Shown: positions 1 to 10,123 of the stretch, in pieces | How the letters are laid out: the number at the start of each line of letters is the position of its first letter | How positions within the stretch are numbered: position 1 is the first letter of the stretch | NCBI GenBank assembly: GCA_963777605.1 | Contig: CAVZRV010000026.1 | Span: 1 to 13,718, forward strand | Direction: 5' to 3' | DNA from: an uncultured Acidobacteriota bacterium | GTDB lineage: Bacteria; Acidobacteriota; UBA6911; RPQK01; JAPXNP01 | DNA: 13,718 nt | Program-made: the position numbers and the translations under genes | The notes under the pieces: model-generated | Databases searched by the model: none | What the model was told of the DNA's origin: nothing | What the model saw: only the letters and a program-made list of their open reading frames with translations

Positions 1-28
1 TCTGTGGCGGAGTCGGGGGCCGGGAGAG

Positions 29-3000
29 TCACTCGGACTGTTCCATCAACGACTTTGCAAGTTGGACGGCGTCGGCCATGTCGATCTTCCCGTCTCCATT
101 CACATCTGCTCGTTCAGCAGGTGAAGGTTCGGGGCCGACACCCTGGAGGAAGCGCAGGATTGATACCAGGTCGCGCACGTCGAGTTGGTCGTCCCGGTTG
201 AGGTCACCGGGAACGATCGGCCGCGGAGTCGAATCAGCCAGCAGAGGGTCCGAACCCTTGTCGACCTCTTCGCCGTCGCCATAGCCGTCACCGTCGGAAT
301 CGGATGCCGACGGGTTGCTCCCGATCAGCGATTCCGTCAGGTTGTCCAACCCGTCGCCGTCGTTGTCCTGATCGCTGTCGGCACGGTCCGGATCGAGGTC
401 CGAGTGCCTCCTCGTATCCGTCAGGCAGAAGGTCCCCGTCCCGGTCGGCGTCGAGCAGAACGGGCAACACCACTTCGGAGAAACCGGGGATGTAGACCGA
501 CCCGTCGGACGACCGAAGCTGGACCTGCAGAACGAGCTGTCCCAGCGTCTCGGGGCCGTTGAAGTTCACCGTCCACTCGAGGATGTTCGTCGCTCCGGCT
601 GCCAGCGTTGGCAGGTCGCGGATCTGGTTCGAGTACACCACATCCGGGCCCAGTCCCGGAACGACGAGCTGAGCCGACAGCCCTCCGGCAGGAATGTTAC
701 TGAGATTTGAAATGGATGCCCGGAGAGTGATTGCTGCCGGCACCCGGTTCAGAGTCGAGGTCGGTTGCCCCTCGGACAGCACGTCAACCGACTTGATCAG
801 AACCGTAGCGGAAAGCTTCCCCTGTCCGTCCAGGTCAGTTCGAAACGCCTCCAGTTGGCTGACGTAAGCCGTGATCCCGGCTTCAAGTTCCTGGAGGCTG
901 GCCAGGACGGAATCCCGACGCACGGAATAGTCCGCTTCAGAGAGGATCCCGGCATTAAACACGAACCCCGTCAGACCCATGATCTTCCCGGCCACCGTCA
1001 CCCGCAGGCTCAAGGAGGAATCGAAGAGCCCGGCATAACGGTCATTGAAACCCGGATCGTTGATCAGTTCACCGTAGGCGCTCAAAAGGGGCGCCTCCGC
1101 GACGCGAAGCTGAGCCTCGAACTGACCGGCCAACGGAAACAGGTCACCGGAGAGGTGATCGACCAGATCGTCAAACCGGTCCTGACGAATCAGGGAAGCG
1201 GCGGTGTCGATGCTTTGGGCTAATTCCGCCTCAACCTGCGCGGTCTGCCGGGAAACGCTCTCATGGACCCGAGCCGGAGGCCGTAACCCGGCTCTTCGGA
1301 AGTCGACTGGTGAACCTCCTTCTGGAAACTGGCCCAGTTGAAATGCCCGGGGGAGAATTGCCTCCCACTCCCGCATGAGACCGACGTAGCGGCCCAACAG
1401 GTCAAAGAACCGAACTCCCTTCCCAGCCTTCTCAAGCAGCGCAAGTACAGCGGGAAATTCCAACGCGGCCCCCGCAACAAAAAGCACCGCCGCCTGCTCC
1501 GGTGCAGCGACCGCAGAAGCGCCGCCAGAGAGGTGCCGATGAACTCCGACTTCACCTTTACCTTCTCGTTGACGCTGAGGGTCGAGGACAGGAAATTCTC
1601 CACCGATGCGAGCTTCTGCTGGGTGAGGCGGCCGGAGAGTTGGATTGCCGAGAGGATGGTATTCGCTTCTTCCGGGAGACGGTCGCTGTTGGGACTGAAG
1701 ATCGCGGCCGTTTCCACTGCTTTCTGCAATGATCCCTGGGTCTGCCAGGCAAAGTGGGCAGCCAACATCAGGCGAAACAGGTCGAGTCTCTCGGCACCTG
1801 CCTTTACATAGTTCTCCGGGTACTGATCCACGGCGCCGAGAACAAACAGCGTGTTGAGAAACTGAGCGTAGCCGTACCCGGCACCTGCCAGAAGGTTGTC
1901 TCCGACCACCCTCCTCAACTCGTTGGTATACTTGCCACTAGAATTCTCCGCGGCGGCCACCAGTTCCGTGGCTGCATCACGACGGACCGTCGATCCACGA
2001 ATCGGAATACTGTCGCTGGTCTTGTTGAACTGGTCCTGGATTCCCTTTGCCAGCTTTTCATTGAAGTTCCCCAGGTTAACGAGATCGCCAATCAGATCGA
2101 TGATGACCGCTTCCAGTTGGTCACTCATCAAATCGGCGTCAGCGGCGATGCTTCGGGCAGCACCGATCGCCAGCCAGAGCCGGTAGAGCCGCTCGACAGT
2201 CGGTGTCGGTTCAACGGGGAAAGACTGAGCTAGGGCGATCGCGGCAGCGACTTCGTCGGCATAGGGGCTCGTCCCAAGCTTGTCGATGAAAGGAAAGTTG
2301 AAACCTGCCACTCGGTCCACGTCGTAGACCCCGAGATCGCGCAAGGGGCCGGCAAGGTTGATCACGGCCTGCCGACGGTTGACGACTCCCATCTCGATCT
2401 TGGGAAGTTCCGCGTCGTCTTCAGAGACCGCTGCGGCCAGGCCGGCCGGTTCGCGCACCCCTTCGGCATCGGCCGGGGGTTCAGCATCGAAGGTATAAAC
2501 GCCGGGAGAGAGCGGAAGTTCGTAGATCCCGAAACTGTTAGACAAGTCGGTCGCAGTCTATCCCTCGGCGCTCTCGGCGGTCACACGGACCAACTCGAGC
2601 GGGATCTCGGGACTGGACCCGAGAATCACGACCTTGCCCTTCCGAGAGACGCTGTACTGCTTCTGGTCGTCGGCCAGCAGGACCTCGCCCCCCGAACCGG
2701 TGTCGAAAAGGGAAGCGACGACCCGGATTCCGGTGACCGCCTCGGGGATGATGACACGGGTAACAGGATCGACCGTTCCGGACCCGCGGTTGACCGGCCA
2801 CTCGTAGTTGGACAGCTCGGGAATCGGGGGCAGGATCGCACCCGACTGGTCCTTCACGTCCACCCGGATCAGCCCGTGGTTAGTATCTCGGACCAGGTTG
2901 TACGCGACGTCCAGGTCGAACGTGATCTCCTCCCCCTTGGTCGGGAGAGACCGGTCGGGGGATCGATCGAGTCGATGCGAATCCGCTCGATCTGGTACTC

Positions 3001-6000
3001 GACTGACGGATCGGTCAGCATTTCACCGCCGGAGCCCGACACGAGCAGGGCATCTACCGAGAGGAGATTGGTGTCGTTCGGGACGTCGAAGCTCACTTCG
3101 AAATCGACCGTCCCCAATCCCTCGCTCACGAATTCGAACGGCGGATCGACCAAAAGCTGCCCGTCCCCATGACGGATCTGAAGTTCGACCCGGCCCTGCG
3201 AGCCACCCGTCATCCGGTATCGGACCGTCGCATTGACCGTGACAGACTCGCCTCCCGTGAGCGGCGACTCGGGGTCGGGCGTCAAATCCAGAAACTCGAC
3301 GCTGTCCTCCCGCAGGTAGTGAAGCGGAAGCGAGATGGCGGTGATGTCGGCTGCACTGTCGGGCAGAAGCATGGCTACAACCGAAACGCTGCTGATCTCT
3401 TCCGTGACGCTCTGGGCCACAAGCGAGGCAAACTCGGCGACGGTTGCGGCGGATGTGACCGGCTGGGAAGCCTCCCCCAGCACCAGGTCGATATTGTTGT
3501 CCCTGAACACTCGAACGAAGAGAGTCCCAGAATCGTCGCTGGTCAACTCGTAACGGACGGAGAGGTTCGAGAAAGTGACAGTCCCGTCGGCCCCAACCAC
3601 TGGAAATCCGGAGGAAGCGTCGGGCGAGATCGAAAGGAACTCAACGGTGTCCTGAGGCTGGGCCACACAATTCGAGAACTCGGAGGTATTGTTATCCGGG
3701 TCGGTGGCTGTGGCAGTGAGGAAGTCACCGGCGTATGGAGAATCGAATTCCACATGTCCAGTAGCATCGGTAGTAACCGTCAGAGAACCCAGAAAATCCT
3801 GCCCCTCGCCATAGCCGGAAGGGTCACACGCGGCGTTTGAAAAGAACTGGATCCGGAACTGCGTATCGGGGCGGCTGTCGAGCGTCCCCCGGACGCCGCC
3901 AGGGCTGAAAGTCAGGACCGGGAAGTTCTGGCCTCAGGTTCCCATCCTGATCGTCCCAGTCATCATTTCGCGCGACCCCAGGCACGCCGGTATCTATCCC
4001 TAACCCCCCGTTCGCGAAGATGCTGTTGGTGAGGACGCCATTGCCTTCAGTGTCGCTGCCAAAGATCGAAACACCGGCCTTCCCGTTGAAACCGACAATG
4101 TTCCCTTTGGCGGAATCCTCACCTCCCACCAAGGAATTCAAGCCAGTTAGCGCGACTCCCTCGAATAAGTTGCCAAGTGCGGTTCCGTCCAACCCGACGC
4201 CGATTCGATTGGACTGGATCGTGTTCCCACCGCCACTGAGACTTGTCGCGAGGATTCCCCTCTCAAGGTTCGAGGCAATCACGTTGCCGGCGCCTGGTGC
4301 CCCGATCACAACGTTGGTAGTCCCAGTTCCAATCCGAATCCCATCACGGCCATTTCCCCAAGCGAGGCTGCCTGTCAGATCTGTCCCGATATGGTTGCCC
4401 AGGATGAAGCTTCCAGGGCTTCCCGAGAGGTTGATACCGTCATAGGCCGCTGCCGCAACTATGTTCCCGAGGCCTTCACCCTCCCCGCCGATCGTACCCG
4501 GGGACCCGCTCAGCTCAATGCCATAGCTCCCGTTCCCAAGGGCGGCCGTCCCTAACGCGTCGGTCCCGACGAAGTTTCGTTGAATCAGCACTACGGAGGA
4601 GTCGATGACTCTGACCCCAGTTCCCTTAGTGGCGGAAACAACATTTCCCGAGCCAGGGGCCGCTCCCCCAATGGTGACTCCGTTGCTGTTTCTGATGTAG
4701 AGGCCGAGGTTCCATCCTAAAGGGGTATCTCCAGCATCGTCCGTTCCAACGAAGTTGTTTCGGATAGCAAGGTCTGAGGCCGAGTCTATCGAGATGGCAG
4801 TGCCGCGAAGCGTGTTGGCAAACACGTTTCGGCTTCCATATCCGAGTCCACCGATTGTGACTCCTGAAGCGGCCGCCACTTCGGAGCCGGACGGAAAAAT
4901 CCTGATCCCCTGATAGAGACCTCCCAGTACTTCGCTGCCGGTGGGATCCAGCCCGAACCAGTTGCCGAGAAACTCGATGTCCCCCGAGGTTTCTTTCCAG
5001 ACAACAATACCGTCGCCGTTGCCTACAATCAGATTTCGGGCCGGCTCAACGGTTCCACCGATCACCACCTCGCGCACGTCATCGAGGCGCATGTCGGCGT
5101 CATCCACCTGGGTTGCGGTGGCGTCAGTGCCGACGTAATTGCCTTCGAACAATACGTCCGTGGTCTCCTTGACGATGACACCGGACCCTTCCCAAAGCGC
5201 CAGGCCGCGGACCACTGTGCCTCCAGAGTAAACCGCGATGTACGTCTGCATGTCGACGATGCCGCCGGAAGTCGTTCCGTCAATAACCGCACCTTCGCTC
5301 AAATTCGGGATCGGTCCTCCAGGAAGAACCTGCGTCACGGAGAAGTGGATGGCATCGAGTCCGGGGCTGGCATTCGACTCGTCAATCGCCGCCCAGAAGG
5401 TGCACTGATCGCCCGGGTCACTCGAGGAATCGCACCTGCCGTCTCCCTTCTTGTTGTCCCGCTCGTCGCTGGACCGATTGACCGTAAAGGTCCGGACCGG
5501 GGTTGTCTCCGCAAAGCTCAGCCCCACGGGACCCCGTGAGAGGAGAACCCAGTCATCGAGGCTGTCCGGAGTCAAACGCATGGGGACCATCGCCACGGCA
5601 GCCTCGCTCAGAGAGAATGATGTGGACGCGAATTCTGGTGGAGAGGTTTCGCTCGAGGCCCGGGCTTGGATACCGCCCGCGCCCATGAAAACCTGGACCT
5701 GGCCCAAGTCCGGCCCCATGAGGACCAACTCGTTTCGGGGCGAAGTCGAGAGGTTTCCCGCAGACAGTCGAAGATGACCCGGCTCACCTCGACTAGCCGC
5801 AAGAACGGCGGTCCCGGCAGGCAACTGAAGCAAAGGCTTCTCCCAAAACTCTCCAGATTTCCGATCGAAAGCCAACTGGCGAATCTCGCCCCGGGCGGTC
5901 AGTACCGCCAACTCCTTGCGGAAGTCCCCCGTGAAGTCTCCAACCGCCAGATCGATGGCCTCGGTCGGCATCGGAACGCTAATGGGGGTCGGCGACCCAG

Positions 6001-6869
6001 CCTCCGACCGGTAGCGAGCCGGGATCGAGAGCTCCCGGTCTCTCCCCCGGATGATGCTGACCTCAGACCCGGCGGCCACTGCCAAGTCAATCGGGAAATC
6101 ACCGTCCAGGGCTCCGAGGGCAAGAGCCGAGATCCGGCTCGGATGTCGAATCTCTTCGGGTTCCTGGCGAAGGGCACCGCGGGGGCTTTCGAAAACGAGG
6201 ACGGTCGCTCCTCCTCTGCCGTCGATTCCCACCACGAGATCCGCAAGGCCGTCACGGCGGTTGACCTCCCCGCTGACGAGTGCGGTCACAACACCCGGAA
6301 GCTCAACCCGTTCCGGAGCGCCGAATCGTCCATCCCCTGAACCGGGCATCGGGGAAGAAGCAGCCTCGTCCGTGGCTGCTACGACGAGATCGAGGTGCCC
6401 ATCAGCATCGAAGTCGCCCGCAGCCATGAAGTTGGGAACGACAGGCGAGGACTGCACCATCGCCCCGGGCTCAAACGGGGTATCGGTGAAGACGCCCTCG
6501 GCCTTCCTTCGGAGTGCCTCCCGGCTGTTGCGATGAGCCCGCATCGACGCTCCCGCGGTGTAGAGCAACAATCCCACCATCCGGCCCGCCATACCCGCAA
6601 ACGAGGTCGGGCATACCGTCCTCGTCGAAATCTCCCGACGTCAATGACAACGGATCGACCGATTGTGATGAAAGAAGAAACCGGAACGCGGGCTTCCCTT
6701 CGTACTCGGCTTCGACCGGCCGGCTCGACTGAAGGTTAATCCAGGGACGGCCCTGACCCATCGCACGGAGAACGGCGGAGGAAAGCTCTCCCTCCGGACT
6801 TGCCCCAGCCAGACCCGTCCACAGAGGAAGAAGAAGGCAAAGGCAGAACCGCCCGGCAATCTTCGTCAT
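29..6869 (-). CDS. Gene C: giant (~2,280 aa) secreted multidomain protein with FG-GAP propeller, CSLREA-like domain, beta-helix, Ig-like repeats, alpha-helical domain, Ca-binding repeats and C-terminal dockerin. Interrupted by about 5 frameshifts and one in-frame TAG.
   Basis: ORFs 6471..6932, 3824..6592, 2869..3753, 2558..2863, 1220..2545, 288..1487 and 29..349 join into one continuous protein, with frame changes near 6535, 3935, 2945, 1520 and 400. For example QNFPVLTFSPGGVRGTLDSRPDTQFRIQFFSNAACDPSGYGEGQ bridges 3935-3753, and EEALG|LDPDRADSDQDNDGDGLDNL bridges ~400. The signal peptide MTKIAGRFCLCLLLPLWTGLAGA starts at ATG 6869 and the stop is TGA at 29-31. Confidence 0.8.
32..211 (-). other. 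Type I dockerin-like domain at the C-terminus of gene C
   Basis: Two duplicated Ca-binding loop-helix segments, GDLNRDDQLDVRDLVSILRFL and ADVNGDGKIDMADAVQLAKSL. Both match the dockerin pattern D-x-N-x-D-x-x-(I/L/V)-D-x-x-D followed by a helix, and sit immediately before the stop. Confidence 0.85.
225..455 (-). repeat. Asp-rich bacterial TSP3-like Ca-binding repeats (protein level)
   Basis: DRDGDLLPDGYEEALG|LDP, DNDGDGLDNLTESLIGSNP and DSDGDGYGDGEEVDKGSDP are three copies of D-x-D-G-D-x-x-x-(D/N)-x-x-E-x3-G-x-(D/N)-P. Confidence 0.8.
460..815 (-). other. Ig-like beta-sandwich domain (CARDB/NEW3-like) in gene C
   Basis: ITLRASISNLSNIPAGGLSAQLVVP...LPTLAAGATNILEWTVNF shows the alternating beta-strand pattern with N-x-x-x-x-P-A and L-x-x-G...W-x-V motifs typical of CARDB/NEW3-like folds. 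Confidence 0.55.
820..2380 (-). other. Unassigned ~500-aa predicted all-alpha domain of gene C, with a central hydrophobic segment
   Basis: Rich in Ala, Leu, Glu and Gln with amphipathic helical patterns (e.g. SVLASLQELEAGITAYVSQLEAFRTDL) and no beta-repeat motifs. The hydrophobic stretch lies at ~1420-1545. Confidence 0.55.
2400..2645 (-). other. Carboxypeptidase-regulatory-like (transthyretin-like) beta domain in gene C, containing an in-frame TAG at 2558-2560
   Basis: GKVV...PLELVRVTAESAEG*TATDLSNSFGIYELPLSPGVYTFDAE matches the family pattern G-x-V...P-L-x-x-V-x-V...(T/S)-(D/N)-x-x-G-x-Y-x-L-x-L-x-P-G-x-Y. Confidence 0.6.
2650..3655 (-). repeat. Three divergent tandem ~110-aa Ig-like repeats in gene C
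   Basis: Units begin VEFLSISP, VEFLDLTP and IRIDSIDP. They share V-x-Y-x-(L/M), G-x-(L/V/I)-x-(V/L) and V-x-A-x-L segments and a terminal Tyr. Confidence 0.65.
3665..5495 (-). other. CSLREA-like domain, right-handed parallel beta-helix and C-terminal cap domain in gene C
   Basis: TFTVNRSSDE...GDGRCDS...DQCTFWAAIDESNASPGLDAIHF is a CSLREA variant. It is followed by repeated GN(Y/F/H)(V/I)GTD...G and IGG...GN(V/I)(V/I) turns, then NSIFANGGLGID, QNFPVL and LTATATDPDNNTSEFSNC, which typically close this architecture. Confidence 0.8.
5530..6660 (-). repeat. Seven FG-GAP/VCBS-like repeats, probably a 7-bladed beta-propeller, in gene C
   Basis: GDFDEDGMPDLVCG, GDFDADGHLDLVVA, GEVNRRDGLADLVVG, GALDGDFPIDLAVA, GDFTGDFRKELAVL, GNLSTSPRNELVLM and MRLTPDSLDDWVLL. 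The last two are degenerate. Confidence 0.8.
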
Positions 6870-6928
6870 CAAACTCGATCCGCCGCCGATCCGGCTCTTC
6901 TTTCTCCTCCGGCCGTTGTCCATCATGA

Positions 6929-9900
6929 TCACTTCGGCTCCAGGACTGGGAACGTTGTCAGCAGTATTCCCTCCTGCTTGAGAGCAACTACGGCAATTGG
7001 GGTCGGCGATGTGACTTCAATCCGCCCTTCAAAGTCGGCCTGTCCAGTCAGCGAGTCGGACGACAACTTCGGTGGCGAAGAGCGCCTGGTGCCGGCCCGC
7101 CGACAGATCCTGAACGGTCGTTTCCAGGGTTTCTCCGTCTGGATCCAGGAGGGTCAGGGAGACCTCCGCACCGGCGGATGAAACGTTGGCAAGCGCGATC
7201 CCGGTGTTGGACCCGCCGCCGACCAGGAGCGGGAGGGTGAATGCCTTTCCGACCGGAGAGACCCCGACCGCCGTCTCGGACGAGGAACTCCCATCCGGCT
7301 TGACGGCGGTGAAAATCAGCGTGCCGCCGAGAGGGACCGTCGAACTGACCCGGGCGTAACCCGAGGCCGGTTACCAGGCCATCGGTCTGAAGGAACAGAG
7401 CTCCAGCGGCTGGAATCTCCAGGTCGAAACTCGAACCGGTGCGGCTGTCGGTCAGCGTCAGCGCGAAGGGAGAACCGTCGGAGCGGAAGAATTCGATCTC
7501 TCCCACCGCATCGGCCTCGGACCGGTTGACGAAGACCAGCGTTGTGACAAAGCTGCCCCCGGCAAACTGCCCGTTGGCAACCTGCGGAAACACGATCTCA
7601 TTCTGGCCGGCTGAAGGCGGGGGGAGCGAGTCGGAGGCGATCACCGAGCCGGCTGGAAAGCCCCGGCACAAGGCTGTTACCGGCCGCGTCCGAGACGTCT
7701 GCATCGACCAGGCTGAGAGCGACGGCGGTACCCACGGGGACACTGTCGTCGAGGCGGAGGGTCAGGTTCGCCAAAACTCCTTCCGATCCCGACAGTGTGT
7801 CAAGGCCGCTCGAGAAGCCGGCTACCGTGATCCGGTTCGCCTCAATCGAGTAGCTCAGAGTGTGATTCCCGGCCAGGTCACCGGCGGAGACGACTCTGGA
7901 CTCGGGTACGGAAAGCAGATCCGGGTTGAAAGCCAGCGTGAACCGGAAGGCCGAGACCCCGTCCCCTCCCTCGATCCGCACTGGAACGATAGCGGTACGT
8001 CCGGGGGGTGCCAATGCCGTGCCGACCGACAGCGCTACGCGGGTCGGTTCGAGGATCGTCTGGATCCCGTCGTCGGTCCCGCCATAGGTTGCCTGGACAG
8101 CATCCCTCACTGGAAAATCAGTCGAGTTGGTGCGGCCGACCAGGTAGATGTTGCCCGCCCCGTCCACATCCAGGTCAGAGATATCCTCGCTGGAAGACGA
8201 AGGGTCGCCGGTATCGCCTCCAAAGTAACTCGAGAAAAGGACGGACGGCGGATCGTCGGACGAAAAGACCGCAATGAACCCGTCACTGGTCGACCTAGGC
8301 GGCCTTCAACGGGGAGACCGTTGGGAAATCGTTGGAGTTTGTGAAGCCGGCCAGATAGGCCTGTCCGTCATCCCCAACCCTCACCGCAAACGCCCAGTTC
8401 AGCCCCCACCGCCCCCCAGGTACGTGGAATAGAGCAGTTGGTTTCCGCTCGACGAAAGTCGGCTCAGGAACGCATTTTCATATCCTTCCCGATCGAAGAC
8501 GGTTGCGCCGCGGGCCGTCACCGGAAAATCGTCCGACCCTGTGAATCCCGTCAGGTAGATGCTTCCGTCGGGTCCCCGATCAATGCCCCGGATCTCGTCC
8601 TGGCTGCCCCCGCCCAGGTAGGTCGAGAAAAGAACCTGACCTCCGCTGGAACTGATCTTCACAACCGTGCCGTCCCGTCCTCCACCCGACGCCGGCTGCG
8701 CCGCTCCCGAGACCGGGAAATCGGTTGATTCAGTCAATCCTCCCGGGCGAGATTGCCAGAACCGTCGAGCGACAGGGCCAGAAAGAGATCCAGCCCACTT
8801 CCGCCGTAGTAGGTGGAAAACCGAACTGACGAGCCCCCAGGGGCCAATTTCGTTGCGAAACCGTCATAGTCGCCGTCGAGACCGGCCTTGAGGGCGTTGG
8901 ACGTCGGGAAATCTGCCGATCGCGTGTAGCCTGCCAGGTAGATGTTTCCCGACGGATCGACCTGGATTCCCTCGATATTGTCGTCGCTGGAGCCTCCAAG
9001 ATAGGACGAGGAAAGAAATCCGGGAACCGTCGGATGACAGCCTGGTGATGAATCCGTCTCTCGAACCGACCACCGGGCCTTGGTTGATGTCGCTCTGGAT
9101 CGGTTTGACCAGCGGAAAATCGGCCGATTTGGTGGTTCCCGCGACGTCAGGGAGTCCCGTGGGCCCCACGGCCAACTCCCACCCATACTCCTCGCGGTCG
9201 CCCCCGAGGTAGGTTGCAAACAGCAGTTCGCCGCCGCCGGGGCTGTACTTGGCAATGAATACATCACTTGAATAGAAGCCGGGGCGGTCACGCTTTTCCG
9301 ACTGTACCGGGTCGAGTGTCGGGAAATCGTCGGAGTAGGTGTCCCCGACCACAAAGATGTTGCCGTCGGAGTCGAGGGCGACGACGGATCGACTCACTGG
9401 CGCTTCCTCCGAGATAGGTCGACAGCCGAATGACCGGATCAACGGTCAGCTTTTGCTCCCGGTTTCGGTCGGGAATCCGAAATCCATAGCTCTGTCTGCC
9501 CCGGACTTCGAACGTTCCGGGGACTCCGGTCCTCCTTTCCTGGAGCACAACGGGCGGACTTTGAACCAGGACGCGGTCACCCTGCCGAATAAGCAGGTTG
9601 CCATCTTCGTCGAGTTCCAGCAAATCAGCCCCTCAACCCGCATCTCGACCTGAGACAGGTCTCCAAAGGGCTCGAGAGTGAGGTCGTACTCGAGTTCCCC
9701 ATCCCGACTGTAAAACCAGGCATCAACACCCGGGTAAATGTCGCGGTAAACGAGGCGCCGGAAGTAGGGAGCGCCGGTGTGCCATTCCTCCGGGGTTCGG
9801 CCTCGAAAGTAGTGGCTCCGGGCGGCGGTCTTTTCGACGCCGCGGGGTCCAGAGGAAGGCTCCGATCCGACAAATTGGAGCTGGACACCCTCCTTCGAGC

Positions 9901-10123
9901 CTCCCAAACCGATCGATACGCCGTCGTGCGAGAACCCGATCCCTCGCCTGCCCGCCCGCGCCCAGGAAGAGGTAGTTCGAATCCACCTGTCCGCCGATTC
10001 GCTTCGAAGGTGAAGTCCCGCTGCTGGATCGCCTTCCGAGCAACCGACAGGGCGACCGCCTGGCTCCAGACGCAGGACGCCAGGAGCAGCACGATTGCCG
10101 GCAGACTGTTCTGCGCCCTCCAC
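6929..10123 (-). CDS. Gene B: secreted SBBP (beta-propeller repeat) protein with a cohesin-like domain and the conserved C-terminal module, ~1,060 aa, with many frameshifts
   Basis: Signal-peptide-like RAQNSLPAIVLLLASCVWSQAVA. The N-terminal domain is the one typical of SBBP proteins (FEANR.QVD, HYFRG..PEEW.TGAPYFRRLVYRDIYPGVD..FYSRDGELEYDL, LELDEDGNL, LTVDPV). Seven (S/A)(T/S)Y(L/Y/F)GG repeats follow, then a cohesin, and the protein ends ...VALKQEGILLTTFPVLEPK-TGA (6929-6931). Start inferred at GTG 10123. Confidence 0.78.
6932..7605 (-). other. Conserved ~225-aa C-terminal module of gene B (paralogue of the gene A tail)
   Basis: NEIVFPQVANG..GGSFVTTLVFVN...RSDGSP...GYARV..TVPLGGTLIF...ETAVG...SNTGIALAN...ALKQEGILLTTFPV. 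Confidence 0.8.
7640..8040 (-). other. Cohesin-like domain in gene B
   Basis: LSVGTALAPPGRTAIVPVRIEGGDGVSAFRFTLAFNPDLLSV...AGDLAGNHTL...RITVAGFS...EGVLANLTL...LVDADVSDAAGN matches the cohesin pattern G-x-T-x-x-V-P-V...F-x-L-x-(F/Y)-(D/N)-P-x-x-L...G-x-L-x-x-L-x-(F/L). Confidence 0.78.
8060..9430 (-). repeat. Seven SBBP-type beta-propeller repeats in gene B
   Basis: STYLGGS, ATYLGGD, SSYLGGS, STYYGGS, STYLGGG, STYLGGG and SSYFGGD recur at ~200-nt spacing. Each is followed by a segment resembling D-x-x-G-x-x-Y-x-x-G-x-T-x-S-x-D-F-P. Confidence 0.85.

Noticed and set aside
8060-9430. Periodic sequence as a CRISPR array or DNA-level tandem repeat
   Set aside because: The periodicity is protein-level propeller repetition with divergent codons. 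No identical nucleotide repeats, cas genes or transposases were seen.
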